Positions 54,030-64,000 of a stretch of DNA of 64,000 nt are shown here, one piece after another. Made by a program: the position numbers and the translations under genes. Origin of the DNA: Bacteroidota bacterium (GTDB lineage: Bacteria; Bacteroidota; Bacteroidia; Chitinophagales; Chitinophagaceae); NCBI GenBank assembly GCA_018267875.1, contig JAFDXP010000075.1:16566-80565 (forward strand), written 5' to 3'. Numbering within the stretch: the stretch's first letter is position 1; each line of letters opens with the position of its first letter. Under the pieces are notes generated by a model. That model made no database searches. It was not told where the DNA came from and saw only the letters and a program-made list of their open reading frames with translations.

Positions 54030-57000
54030 ATGAGAAGGAGATTTTTTACCACCGTGTGGATGTGCATGTTAATGTGCATTTCATTATTTGCACAAGCACA
54101 GCCAACAGCAAATTTCACATCAAACATAGTTTCCGGGTGCGCACCCATTTTGGTTCAGTTTACGGATCAAAGTCTTGGAAGCCCAACTACGTGGTATTGG
54201 GATTTAGGAAATGGCACCAATTCAACCTTGCAAAATCCTTCAACAACTTATATATCAGCAGGCGTTTATACTATTACACTGACCGTAACCAACGCATCCG
54301 GTTCTAACACCAAAGTGATGACCAACTATATTTCAGTTGTTCCTTCACCGATTGTAAACTTTACAGCTACGGATACATTTAGTTGTGCACCAAAAACTAT
54401 TCAGTTTACTGACTTATCTACACCTGGAGGAAACGGAACAGTCAGTTATTTATGGGATTTTGGAGATGGATTTACATCAACTCAACAGAATCCGCAACAC
54501 ACCTATACTTCTAATGGAGTATATAACGTTACCCTCAAGGTTACCAATGCTTCCGGCTGTTCTAAAATATTGACAAAGCCAAATTTTATTCAGCTAATAA
54601 ACAAGCCGACAGCTAATTTTTCAGCTACAAACAATAATTCATGCACGCTTCCTTTATCTGTAAATTTTACCAACGCTTCAAGTGGTGGCGTAAGTTATCA
54701 ATGGGATTTTGGCAATGGCACTACTTCTACTACATCAAATCCTACTTGCATCTATACAGTACCAGGCTCATATACCGTTCGGTTAATCACAACTAATATA
54801 GCTGGTTGTTCTGACACGATGACCAAAGTTGCCTATGTTAATATAGGCTCGCTAACAGCCGGTTTTACCAAAAGTACTAGTACGACATGTACTAATAACA
54901 CAGTTTCATTTACCAACACTTCTATTCCCGGACCAGGAGTAAGTACATGGTATTTCGGAGATGGTACAAGCTTTATCGGCACAAATGCCAATCATGCTTA
55001 TTCAACAGCCGGTACTTTCACGGTGAAATTAGTGGTGAACTATAATAATTGTAGTGATTCAACTACACAAACAATTGTAGTAAATCAAGGGCCAATCGCA
55101 GCTTTTACGGCAAATAATTTAGTGGGTTGTATCGTTCCATTTACCACACAATTTACCAATGCAACAATAGGTGCATCAAGCTACTTATGGATTTTTGGAG
55201 ATGGTACTACTTCAACAGCAACAAGCCCCTCGCATACTTATTCAGCATTGGGAGTTTATACCGTTAAATTGATAACTTTTGGAGCAAATGGCTGTAATGA
55301 TACTTTGACTAAAACTAACTATATCAATATTACCTTACCAACCATTTCTATTTCAGCAAATCCTGCCACCGGTTGTGCTCCTCTGAATGTAACCCTAACA
55401 GCTAATATCCCTACTGGCGTTACGATTACTAATTATAATTGGACGTTTGGAGATGGAAATTCGGGAACGGGAGGCCCCACTATTTCACATACTTATACAT
55501 CAGGAAGCTATCAAGCAACATTAACAGTAACCACTAATTTAGGATGTACAGTAACTTCAGCTCCTATAACTATTACAGCGGGGCCACCACCTACTGCAAG
55601 TTTCTCCTTTTCACCAAGTCCGGTTTGTCCAAACCAAACTGTATATTTTACCAATACCTCAACTGCTCCCCTCGGAACAATTTATCAATGGACATTTGGC
55701 GATGGCGGAACAAGCTCACAAGCCAATCCTACTTATGCCTATGGCGGAGCAGGAACCTATACAATCACATTAACACTTAACAACAACGGATGTATAAGCA
55801 CTTTCACTTCAACTATTGTTGTCAGCCTTCCTAAGGCATTTTATACTACTAATATCCTTTGCAACAATAAACTAAAAGTATATTTTACGGATGCCTCTAT
55901 TGGTGCAAATTCTTATAGTTGGAATTTTGGTGATGGCACAACATCAATACTGCAAAACCCTACTCATACCTATCCCGCTTATGGCAGCTATAATTGCATA
56001 CTTACTGTTACAAACAATGCCACCGGCTGCACCTCCAGTAAAATTTGGACCATTGTCCTATTTGATATCCCCGCATTGTTTACGGCAAGCGACAGTGTTA
56101 TTTGTAAAGGTCAGACGATTACTTTTACCTCACAATCTACCCCTGCTACTGATATCAGTAACTATACTTGGGACTTTGGTGATGGCTCTGCCCTACAAAC
56201 TACTACCACAAACACAGTCTCGCATGCTTATATTACTAACGGAAATTTTACGGTAACACTTTATGTAAAGGATTCTCGAGGTTGCATTGACACGCTGATA
56301 AAAACGAACTACATTCAAGTAAACGGGCCAACTGCAAACTTTAGCGGTGCACCTCTGAGCGGATGCGCACCCTTGTTAGTCGGGTTTATTGATCAATCTA
56401 GCTCGGGTGGTTCTGGGATTTTTGCACGCACTTGGCGATTTGGCGATGGGAGTATAAGCACTGCAAATGTTGCCAATGTTACACACACTTACGGAAAAGG
56501 CATCTTCAATGTAACACTCGTTGTAACAAATGGTAACGGATGTACAGACTCAATGGTTAAAGCCAATTATGTTACAGCAACCAAGCCTACTGCGAGCTTT
56601 ATCGCCAATAACACAACCATTTGTCCGGGACAAAGCGTTACATTTACTAATAGTTCAACAGGGTCTAATTTAACTTACAGTTGGGCATTTGGCGATGGGG
56701 GTACATCTACGACAATCAGTCCTTCACATAGCTATGCCGCTACGGGAAGTTATACTGTAACACTGATAGTAACAGATGGTACGATGTGTATAGACACATT
56801 GGTCAAAACAGCTTATATCACTGTTGGGGGAATCAACTTAGGCTTTACAGCCAGCGATACTTTTGCTACTTGCCCACCACTTACAGTCAATTTTACAAAC
56901 ACATCTACCAATGCAAGTAATTATACTTGGACTTTTGGCAATGGAAACGCCTCATCGCTTGCTTCGCCTTCAACCATTTATACACTTCCGGGCATTTATA

Positions 57001-59927
57001 CCGTTAAACTCAAAGGATTAAATGGAGGATGTCAAGATTCTGTTTCTAAAACCATTACAATACTTGGCCCTACAGGCTCTTTTTCTTATGTGCCAATCAA
57101 TGGTTGTGTACCACTCACAGTTAGCTTTACAGCCACTACCCAAAACACCCAACTTCTTATTTGGGACATGAATAATGGTGTTACACAAACTACTTCTGCC
57201 AATACAACGACTTATACATATACTTCCCCCGGAAAGTTTATTCCGAAACTGCTTTTGAGTGATGGTAGCTCTTGTATTGTACCTATTCAAGGTCCTGACA
57301 CAATCAAGGTGGACAAAGTAACAGCAGACTTTACTTTTTCACCCAATAATCAATGTGGTTCAGGAATGGTCAATTTTAATGACACTATCCTTTTTCAAGT
57401 AAACCCAATTGCTACTCGCTTGTGGACATTTGGTGATGGAGGAACCGCTACAACACACAACCCTTCTCATAGTTATGCAGCTGCAGGTATATATACAGTA
57501 AAGCTTGTGGTTGCCTCAACCCAAGGGTGTAAAGACTCTGTGATCAAAACGGTTACCATTCTTCCCAAACCAATTGTCAGTGCAGGGAATAACGTTTCTA
57601 TTTGTCAAGGAAATACTATTCCAGTACAACTTCAAGCAACCGGAGCTGTTAGTTATGTTTGGACTCCATCAACCGGACTTTCCTGTACCAATTGTGCGAA
57701 TCCATTGGCTAATCCCACAAATACCACTACCTATAAAGTTACCGGAACAGGTGCAAATGGTTGTTCTGACACATCTTTGGTTACAATTACTGTAAATCCA
57801 CTCCCTACAATTCAAACTGGGCCTAACCCAACTATTTGTGCTGGTGGATCAATCCAATTAGCTGTTGCAGGAGCTACTACATATAGCTGGTCACCATCCA
57901 CCGGTCTTTCTTGTAACAATTGTAATAATCCTACAGCCTCACCTACCACAACTACAACCTACACTATAACTGGAATCTCTTCTGTAGGATGTAGCAATAC
58001 TGCCCAAATTACAGTAAACGTTTCTGCTATTCCAAACGTAACGGCTACGGCAACAAAAAATGCTATTTGTGTGGGTGATTCATCCAAGTTGCAAGCATCA
58101 GGTGGAAGTAATTATTCATGGTCACCAGCAACGGGGCTTTCGTGCATAAATTGTGCTAACCCAACGGCTATTCCAACTACAACCACTACCTATATTGTAT
58201 CCGGAAGTAATAGTGCCGGTTGTACAGATACCGGAATGGTAACTATTTTAGTCAACCCCTTACCGATATTGTCGGTTCCAAATAAGTCTGTTTGTATAGG
58301 TAGTTCTGTTTTGCTGCAAGCTTCAGGTGCCAACACGTATGCTTGGTTGCCAACAACAGGATTATCTTGCAATAATTGTGCTAATCCAACAGCTACTATT
58401 TCCAACACAACCACTTACACGATAACAGGTACCAGTGTAGCCGGCTGTGTGAGTACTTCTCAAATGACCATAACTGTAAATCCACTACCCGTTATCACGG
58501 CAAACCCAAATCAAACTGCTTGTAATGGAACACCGGTTCAATTGACAGCATCCGGTGGGCAAACGTATGTGTGGAGCCCATCCACCGGCTTATCCTGCAC
58601 AAATTGCACTTCGCCTACTGCCACACCACCTACCACAACCACCTATACCGTTGTAGGCAAAGATGCCAATGGTTGTGTGGACACTGCTCGCACAAAGGTG
58701 TCTATCAATCCATTGCCCAATGTAAATGCTGGTCCCGATCGTTCAGTCTGTAAATTAAATAGCACTCAATTACAAGCTACTGGAGCAAACACCTATGTTT
58801 GGTCGCCGTCAACAGGATTGACTTGTGTAAGTTGTGCAAACCCAATTGCTTCACCAACCGTTGCCACAAACTATGTAGTAACCGGAACTGATGGAAATAA
58901 TTGTAGCAAATCTGACACCGTATTGGTAAGCATTTTCCCGCAACCCATAGTAAGTGCAGGTGTTGACAAGCGAATTTGTTTCGGTACCTCTATTCAACTA
59001 CAAGCAACCGGAGCCATGACTTATATATGGTCACCACCAATAGCACTTTCGTGTATTACTTGCCCAAGCCCAAATGCAAAGCCTATTAATGACATCACCT
59101 ATACCGTAGTTGGTACCGATGCCAATGGTTGTGTGGATTCCGGAAAGGTAAAAATTTCTGTTACTCAATTGAAACCTATTACAATTGGGAAAAATGATAG
59201 TGTTTGTCAAGGAGAATCGGTACAACTGACTGCAAGTGGGGGCGATAGTTATAGATGGTCGCCGGGTGCAACACTTAACGACTCTACCAGTTCAAGCCCC
59301 ATTGCATCACCCATGGTAACAACATCTTATACGGTGATGATCAAACAAGGTGATTGCTTTGGTGATACCGGAAAGGTAACGGTTGTTGTAAATCCTGTAC
59401 CAACAATAAATGCCGGACCGGATCAACACATTATAGCAGGATCGTGGGTTCAATTATCCACTAAGGCAACTCATACGGATTACTATCTATGGACACCGGC
59501 AACCGATTTGAATTGCTTTGATTGCAGTGCTCCAATTGCTACACCAAAAGAAACAATAACCTATAAGGTAAAAGCCTCCAACAAATATGGTTGTACGGCT
59601 TCGGATGATGTTACCATTTACGTAACCTGCGACAATAGTCAAATATTTTTGGCTAACACTTTCACGCCAAATGGAGATGGCAATAATGATTTGTTTTACC
59701 CTCAAGGAAAGGGTATCAATGTTGTGCAACGGTTCAGAATATACAGTCGGTGGGGAGAATTGTTATATGAAGCACAAAACATTCAACTAAATGATGAAAC
59801 TAAAGGTTGGGATGGCACATTTAAAGGGGAGCAACTTAAACCTGATGTCTATGTATATATTTTGGATGCCGTTTGCTATAATGGTTCGCCTATGCAAATC
59901 AAGGGTGATGTTTCACTAATCAGATAA
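54030..59927 (+). CDS. giant cell-surface adhesin-like protein: 14 PKD domains, 9 Cys-containing repeats, and a T9SS type B (CHU_C) C-terminal domain
   Basis: 1965 aa with a signal peptide. There are fourteen W-x-F/L-G-D/N-G PKD cores and nine repeats of about 75 aa carrying S/TGLSCxNCxNPxAxP...TTYxVxG...GC. The C-terminal 94 aa (FTPNGDGNNDLFYP...YSRWGELLY...GWDGTFKGEQLKPDVYVYIL...GDVSLIR, nt 59643-59924) form the sorting domain. Confidence 0.9.
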   Translation: MRRRFFTTVWMCMLMCISLFAQAQPTANFTSNIVSGCAPILVQFTDQSLGSPTTWYWDLGNGTNSTLQNPSTTYISAGVYTITLTVTNASGSNTKVMTNYISVVPSPIVNFTATDTFSCAPKTIQFTDLSTPGGNGTVSYLWDFGDGFTSTQQNPQHTYTSNGVYNVTLKVTNASGCSKILTKPNFIQLINKPTANFSATNNNSCTLPLSVNFTNASSGGVSYQWDFGNGTTSTTSNPTCIYTVPGSYTVRLITTNIAGCSDTMTKVAYVNIGSLTAGFTKSTSTTCTNNTVSFTNTSIPGPGVSTWYFGDGTSFIGTNANHAYSTAGTFTVKLVVNYNNCSDSTTQTIVVNQGPIAAFTANNLVGCIVPFTTQFTNATIGASSYLWIFGDGTTSTATSPSHTYSALGVYTVKLITFGANGCNDTLTKTNYINITLPTISISANPATGCAPLNVTLTANIPTGVTITNYNWTFGDGNSGTGGPTISHTYTSGSYQATLTVTTNLGCTVTSAPITITAGPPPTASFSFSPSPVCPNQTVYFTNTSTAPLGTIYQWTFGDGGTSSQANPTYAYGGAGTYTITLTLNNNGCISTFTSTIVVSLPKAFYTTNILCNNKLKVYFTDASIGANSYSWNFGDGTTSILQNPTHTYPAYGSYNCILTVTNNATGCTSSKIWTIVLFDIPALFTASDSVICKGQTITFTSQSTPATDISNYTWDFGDGSALQTTTTNTVSHAYITNGNFTVTLYVKDSRGCIDTLIKTNYIQVNGPTANFSGAPLSGCAPLLVGFIDQSSSGGSGIFARTWRFGDGSISTANVANVTHTYGKGIFNVTLVVTNGNGCTDSMVKANYVTATKPTASFIANNTTICPGQSVTFTNSSTGSNLTYSWAFGDGGTSTTISPSHSYAATGSYTVTLIVTDGTMCIDTLVKTAYITVGGINLGFTASDTFATCPPLTVNFTNTSTNASNYTWTFGNGNASSLASPSTIYTLPGIYTVKLKGLNGGCQDSVSKTITILGPTGSFSYVPINGCVPLTVSFTATTQNTQLLIWDMNNGVTQTTSANTTTYTYTSPGKFIPKLLLSDGSSCIVPIQGPDTIKVDKVTADFTFSPNNQCGSGMVNFNDTILFQVNPIATRLWTFGDGGTATTHNPSHSYAAAGIYTVKLVVASTQGCKDSVIKTVTILPKPIVSAGNNVSICQGNTIPVQLQATGAVSYVWTPSTGLSCTNCANPLANPTNTTTYKVTGTGANGCSDTSLVTITVNPLPTIQTGPNPTICAGGSIQLAVAGATTYSWSPSTGLSCNNCNNPTASPTTTTTYTITGISSVGCSNTAQITVNVSAIPNVTATATKNAICVGDSSKLQASGGSNYSWSPATGLSCINCANPTAIPTTTTTYIVSGSNSAGCTDTGMVTILVNPLPILSVPNKSVCIGSSVLLQASGANTYAWLPTTGLSCNNCANPTATISNTTTYTITGTSVAGCVSTSQMTITVNPLPVITANPNQTACNGTPVQLTASGGQTYVWSPSTGLSCTNCTSPTATPPTTTTYTVVGKDANGCVDTARTKVSINPLPNVNAGPDRSVCKLNSTQLQATGANTYVWSPSTGLTCVSCANPIASPTVATNYVVTGTDGNNCSKSDTVLVSIFPQPIVSAGVDKRICFGTSIQLQATGAMTYIWSPPIALSCITCPSPNAKPINDITYTVVGTDANGCVDSGKVKISVTQLKPITIGKNDSVCQGESVQLTASGGDSYRWSPGATLNDSTSSSPIASPMVTTSYTVMIKQGDCFGDTGKVTVVVNPVPTINAGPDQHIIAGSWVQLSTKATHTDYYLWTPATDLNCFDCSAPIATPKETITYKVKASNKYGCTASDDVTIYVTCDNSQIFLANTFTPNGDGNNDLFYPQGKGINVVQRFRIYSRWGELLYEAQNIQLNDETKGWDGTFKGEQLKPDVYVYILDAVCYNGSPMQIKGDVSLIR
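54099..57565 (+). repeat. coding tandem array of 14 diverged PKD-domain repeats (about 255-270 nt each)
   Basis: The WDLGNGT, WDFGDGF, WDFGNGT, WYFGDGT, WIFGDGT and WTFGDGN-type cores recur with a period of about 85-90 aa. Confidence 0.85.
57566..59642 (+). repeat. coding tandem array of 9 diverged ~75-aa Cys-containing repeats
   Basis: The repeat is C-x-G-x(10-12)-A-x-G-x(3)-Y-x-W-S-P-x-T-G-L-S-C-x-N-C-x-N-P-x-A-x-P...TTY-x-V-x-G...G-C-x-D...V-x-V-N-P-L-P. The last three copies are degenerate. Confidence 0.8.
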
Positions 59928-59950
59928 AAACAACCAAAGAAGAGAAAACT

Positions 59951-61015
59951 ATGAATCGAAAAATCAGATTTTCTGCAATGGCTTGTTTCATGTTTGGGCA
60001 ATTAGTTACCCAAGCTCAAGACATACACTTTTCACAATTTTACGAGAATTCAATTTTACGAAATCCGGCACTAACTGGTATATTCAGTGGTGATTATAAA
60101 GCAGGTATCAATTATCGCCAACAATGGAGTAATATCTCTGTTCCCTTTCAAACCGTTTTAGCATCTGTAGAAAGTCGGGTAACGGTAAATTCTGAAACGG
60201 GCGATAATCTCAGTTTTGGACTTACTGCCACATATGATAAAGCCGGAAGCATTAGTTTCAATAGCTTTCAAATTTATCCAGCTATTAATTACAACAAAGC
60301 TTTGGAAGATAGGCACCAGTCTTATCTTTCCGTAGGTTTTGCTGCCGGTTATGTGCAACGTTCCATTGACCCTTCTAAAATGACATTCGCTAATCAATAT
60401 CAAAATGGAATGTTTAACCCTTATAGCAATTCAAACGAAACGATCACCAACACAAAAACACAGTATTTTGATTTGGGTGCAGGCGTAAGTTTCAATAGTT
60501 CAGCGGGAGAAAACAACCAACTTAATTATTATGTTGGTGCTGCAGCTTATCATATAAACAAACCCAAAGCAGGCTTTTCGGATAATGAAGCTTTTTTGCG
60601 GATGAACTTAAAATGGAATGGCAATTTAGGTGTTCAATACATGATAGATGAACAATACGCGCTTACGCTTCATGCCAATTTTTCAAGACAAGGCACTTAT
60701 CAAGAAACCATTGCAGGCGCATTGGCAAGCTGGCGTAGCATAGATCAAAGGCAAAAAACTAACTTTGTATTCTATGCCGGTCTTTTTTATCGGTTTAACG
60801 ATGCTATAATTCCCACAGTTAAACTGGATTACAAGAACTATTCTTTTACCGTTTCCTATGATTTGAATAATTCAGGTTTGCGCTCGGCATCTAATGGAAT
60901 GGGCGGCACAGAAATATCTATCTTTTCTCGAGGGCTGCTAAGTAAAGGACCTTGGGCTGTTGACAAAAATAAATGTCCACGCTTTGAATCCATGATATTA
61001 CCTACTTTCAGATAG
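59951..61015 (+). CDS. PorP/SprF-family type IX secretion system membrane protein
   Basis: 354 aa. After the signal peptide, QDIHFSQFYENSILRNPALTG is the family-defining N-terminal motif, and the rest is beta-barrel-like. It starts 23 nt after the adhesin stop. Confidence 0.88.
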   Translation: MNRKIRFSAMACFMFGQLVTQAQDIHFSQFYENSILRNPALTGIFSGDYKAGINYRQQWSNISVPFQTVLASVESRVTVNSETGDNLSFGLTATYDKAGSISFNSFQIYPAINYNKALEDRHQSYLSVGFAAGYVQRSIDPSKMTFANQYQNGMFNPYSNSNETITNTKTQYFDLGAGVSFNSSAGENNQLNYYVGAAAYHINKPKAGFSDNEAFLRMNLKWNGNLGVQYMIDEQYALTLHANFSRQGTYQETIAGALASWRSIDQRQKTNFVFYAGLFYRFNDAIIPTVKLDYKNYSFTVSYDLNNSGLRSASNGMGGTEISIFSRGLLSKGPWAVDKNKCPRFESMILPTFR

Positions 61016-61034
61016 AGCATAGAAACTCTATCTG
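61009..61034. terminator. stem-loop overlapping the PorP/SprF stop codon, between convergent genes
   Basis: CAGATAGAG (61009-61017) / CTCTATCTG (61026-61034) forms a 9-bp perfect stem with an 8-nt loop. There is no clear U-tract on either strand. Confidence 0.35.
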
Positions 61035-61064
61035 AAAAATAGGTTGTAATAAAAGAAACTAAGA

Positions 61065-61769
61065 TTAACTCAAAGGCTGAGGCTCCGCATTGAATTTGAA
61101 GCCTATTCCGTGAATAGTTTGTAATTCTACATTCGGATGGTTTTTGATGTACTTCCGAATTTTCGTGATAAATACATCCATGCTTCGTCCAAGAAAATAA
61201 TCTTCCTTTCCCCAAACGTTCAGCAAGATATCATCGCGTTTTAAAACCTTATTAGCATTGAGGCACAAATAGCGGAAAAGGTCAGCCTCGCGTTGGGTAA
61301 GTTGATGCTTTTCTTTATCGCTGTATAAAATCAAGTCATCAAAATTAAATTTAAGATCACCCAAGCTGAAGCCACTTGGTGTATCGTCTTCCTTCTTTTT
61401 GGTGCGTTTCAAAAACACCTCAATTCTCAACAACAACTCTTGCATGTTGAATGGCTTGGTGATGTAGTCATCAGCCCCACTACGAAATCCGGCAATCTTA
61501 TCGTCATCCATCGTCTTTGATGTAAGCATCAAAATTGGCACTGTTTCATTCTTCTTTCGAATTTGAGTAGCAATAGCCATTCCATCTTTTTTAGGCAACA
61601 TCACGTCCAACAAAATCATGTCGAAATTATGTTTCATGAATTGCTGAAACCCGCTTTCGCCATCCGTGCAATGGATCACATCATACCCACTGTCTTGCAA
61701 GCTGTCTTTTACAACAAAACCCAAAGTAGGGTCATCTTCAATAATTAGGATCTTTGATTTCTCAGCCAT
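61065..61769 (-). CDS. OmpR/PhoB-family response regulator (receiver plus winged-helix DNA-binding domain)
   Basis: KILIIEDDP, MILLDVMLPKKDG (phospho-acceptor Asp), LMLTSK, and the C-terminal LTQREADLFRYL...VWG...TIHGIGFKF Trans_reg_C motifs. Confidence 0.9.
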   Translation of the reverse strand: MAEKSKILIIEDDPTLGFVVKDSLQDSGYDVIHCTDGESGFQQFMKHNFDMILLDVMLPKKDGMAIATQIRKKNETVPILMLTSKTMDDDKIAGFRSGADDYITKPFNMQELLLRIEVFLKRTKKKEDDTPSGFSLGDLKFNFDDLILYSDKEKHQLTQREADLFRYLCLNANKVLKRDDILLNVWGKEDYFLGRSMDVFITKIRKYIKNHPNVELQTIHGIGFKFNAEPQPLS

Positions 61770-61955
61770 ATATACAGGTTACACACCTTTGATTTGTGAG
61801 TAAAAATAATTTTTTTATCTCAGCTTAGATAATTCTTTAAAAATTGTTTTTGCTGAAGCAAATTGCTTTACAAGTTTTTTCATTGGAATGAATAGTAAGT
61901 CTCAACTTTCATTTAAAGCAGAAGTTAACTTAACCCCTTTTGTTACCTTCGTTCT

Positions 61956-64000
61956 ATGTCCGAAAAAAAGCTTTTTCTGCTTGATGCATTTGCGTTGATT
62001 TATCGCGCTTACTATTCGCTAGTTCGCAGCCCTCGAGTTACCACCACAGGACGCAATACCAATGCTCAATTTGGATTTACTACCACCTTGCTTGATCTGA
62101 TCAACAAAGAAAAGCCAACTCATTTAGCCGTTGTTTTTGACACCCCTTCCGCAACCGAACGTCATGCAGATTTTGCAGACTATAAAGCAAACCGCCAAGA
62201 AGCACCCGAAGATATTACCGCTGCTATTCCCGATATCAAAGAAATAGTGCGCGGATTTAATCTTCCCTGTTTAGAGTTGGATGGATACGAAGCGGACGAT
62301 ATTATAGGAACACTGGCATTAGAAGCCGCAGAATTGGGCTACACGGTTTTCATGGTAACGCCTGATAAGGACTATGGACAAGTAGTTCGTGAAAATGTTT
62401 TTATCTACAAACCCGGTTATCAAGGAGGAGGAGTAGAATTATTAGGACCTTCAGAAATCTGCCAAAAATGGAACATCAAACGGGTAGATCAAGTCATTGA
62501 CATGCTGGGATTGATGGGCGATGCCGTAGATAATATTCCGGGCATTCCGGGTGTCGGAGAAAAGACCGCTGCTAAACTTCTTGCTGAATACAATACGCTT
62601 GAAAATGTATTAGACAATGCTGAAAAAATAAAAGGCGCATTGGGGCAAAAAATTACGAATGGAAAAGAAAGTGCGTTGATGAGTAAGAAACTTGCCACCA
62701 TCATCACCAATGTTCCTATTCTATTTCATGAAGAAAACTTTAGGGTAAAAGATTTAAATAAAGAAGCCTTACATGATATTTTTCAAACCTTAGAATTCAA
62801 AGCCTTAGCCAAAAGGGTCTTAAACACAGAACTTTCCGCCACTGTACAGCCCAATATAGGATCAACTGACTTGTTTGGTAATCCAACACTGAACACTGTA
62901 AAAGTAAAAACTGTTGAAGCAAACCAACTTCATCTGCCCGAAATAATAGAGTCCAATTTCTCCACCATTGCAACAACTCAGCATGAGTATAAATTAGTCC
63001 AAACACCTAATGAAATCGAAGTTTTGGTGTCGGAATTAATAAAGCACTCAGTCATAGCATTTGATACAGAAACGACAAATATAGATGCTATGCGTGCCGA
63101 ATTAGTTGGATTCAGTTTTAGCTGGAAAAAGGGCAATGGATTTTATATACCCAGTCCCAACCAAAAGCATGAAGTAAAGGAATTGTTAGCCAATTTTCAA
63201 CCCTTGTTTGATCGCACCGATATATGTTGGGTTGGGCATAATATTAAGTATGATTTAATCCTATTAAAGCATTATGGTTTTTCCCTGAAAGGTTCGATGT
63301 ATGACACCATGTTGGCACATTATATTATTGAGCCGGAGGGCAGACGTAATATGGATTTGCTGAGCGAACGATTTCTGAGTTATAAACCGGTAAGCATTGA
63401 AACGCTGATTGGCAGCGGAAAGGCACAAACGTCCATGCGAGATGTAGCCATAGAATTGATAAAAGATTATGCGGCTGAAGATGCTGATGTAACATGGCAA
63501 TTGAAACAGTGTTTTGATCCGATCGTTGAACAAGCATCCGTTGGAACTATTCTGAATGATGTGGAAAATCCACTTGTATCTGTTTTGATGGATATGGAAT
63601 ATGAGGGCGTGGGTGTAGATGTACCATTTCTTAATCATTATAGTATTCAATTGGAAAGAGAAATTAAAGAAACGGAAGAACGAGTTTATACACACGCCGG
63701 TACTCAATTCAATTTAGGATCACCTAAGCAATTAGGCGTTGTATTGTTTGAAAAAATGGATTTGGATAGTACCAAAAAAACCAAAACAGGACAATATGCT
63801 ACCGGCGAAGATGTGCTGCAAAAACTGAAACACAAACATCCAATCATTGAAGACATTTTGGTGTTTCGTGAATTGTCTAAATTGAAAAATACGTATGTAG
63901 ATGCACTGCCATTGTTGATTCATCCCCAAACTGGTCGAGTACACACCAGTTTTAACCAAGCTGTGGCAGTAACCGGCAGACTCAGCAGCACCAATCCCAA
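61956..64000 (+). CDS. polA: DNA polymerase I, N-terminal ~680 codons (continues beyond the window)
   Basis: ATG at 61956, then an open frame to the window end, so it is absent from the ORF track.
- 5'-nuclease motifs: LFLLDAFALIYRAYY, GYEADDIIGTLA, GDAVDNIPGIPGVGEKTA.
- 3'-5' exonuclease motifs: IAFDTETT, GHNIKYD, YAAEDADVT.
- Start of the polymerase domain: LGSPKQLGVVLFE, TGRLSSTNP. Confidence 0.92.
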   Translation, partial: MSEKKLFLLDAFALIYRAYYSLVRSPRVTTTGRNTNAQFGFTTTLLDLINKEKPTHLAVVFDTPSATERHADFADYKANRQEAPEDITAAIPDIKEIVRGFNLPCLELDGYEADDIIGTLALEAAELGYTVFMVTPDKDYGQVVRENVFIYKPGYQGGGVELLGPSEICQKWNIKRVDQVIDMLGLMGDAVDNIPGIPGVGEKTAAKLLAEYNTLENVLDNAEKIKGALGQKITNGKESALMSKKLATIITNVPILFHEENFRVKDLNKEALHDIFQTLEFKALAKRVLNTELSATVQPNIGSTDLFGNPTLNTVKVKTVEANQLHLPEIIESNFSTIATTQHEYKLVQTPNEIEVLVSELIKHSVIAFDTETTNIDAMRAELVGFSFSWKKGNGFYIPSPNQKHEVKELLANFQPLFDRTDICWVGHNIKYDLILLKHYGFSLKGSMYDTMLAHYIIEPEGRRNMDLLSERFLSYKPVSIETLIGSGKAQTSMRDVAIELIKDYAAEDADVTWQLKQCFDPIVEQASVGTILNDVENPLVSVLMDMEYEGVGVDVPFLNHYSIQLEREIKETEERVYTHAGTQFNLGSPKQLGVVLFEKMDLDSTKKTKTGQYATGEDVLQKLKHKHPIIEDILVFRELSKLKNTYVDALPLLIHPQTGRVHTSFNQAVAVTGRLSSTNP

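Noticed and set aside
57566-59642. Regularly spaced nucleotide repeats that could be mistaken for a CRISPR-like or satellite array
   Set aside because: They lie inside one continuous ORF, have a period of about 225 nt, and are conserved at the protein rather than the nucleotide level. They are coding domain repeats.
1-64000. tRNA, rRNA, tmRNA, RNase P RNA, SRP RNA, CRISPR arrays, integrases or prophage blocks
   Set aside because: I scanned every intergenic region by eye and none was found. The targets were T-arm GGTTCRAnnCC motifs on both strands, the RNase P GAGGAAAGTCC core, and short regularly spaced repeats. An undetected small RNA cannot be excluded without covariance-model searches.

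Overview
The window reads as core chromosome from a low-GC Bacteroidota genome, probably Chitinophagales- or Sphingobacteriia-like. Supporting signs are T9SS cargo with type A and type B C-terminal domains, a PorP/SprF gene, a GLPGLI-family gene, and TAnnTTTG -7 boxes. All family calls come from motifs read by eye; no homology search was run.

I support about 41 protein-coding genes. Two run off the window edges and are missing from the ORF track: a GNAT 3' end at 1-99 and polA from 61956 onward.

- Housekeeping genes: split-transketolase C subunit, korA, hmgA, gcvT, nrdJ, kbl, pdxJ, polA, an otsA-otsB fusion, comEC, an ALDH, and a Nudix CoA pyrophosphatase.
- T9SS cargo: three very large secreted proteins (1505, about 950 and 1965 aa) occupy roughly a fifth of the window.
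- Envelope and glycan genes: GT2, FkbM and GT4 genes, an FA2H-like hydroxylase, and an MMPL-type exporter.
- Decay and mobile DNA: one broken outer-membrane gene (in-frame TGA plus a frameshift at a homopolymer) and one relic of an IS4-superfamily transposase.

I saw no rRNA, tRNA, CRISPR array, prophage or recognisable defence island. I cannot point to a clearly novel multi-gene system.

The items most worth a second look are:
1. A 1.17-kb gene-free gap (35695-36864) with GC-rich, hairpin-dense islands.
2. The IS scar next to a type B CTD protein that has lost its expected PorP/SprF partner.
3. A perfect 13-nt tandem duplication inside the 5' end of the 1505-aa cargo gene.
4. The GLPGLI plus barrel-protein pair of unknown function.
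5. A putative hydroxylated-glycolipid synthesis and export cluster.
6. Two TPP-enzyme subunits (KorA, transketolase C half) encoded without their TPP-binding partners.
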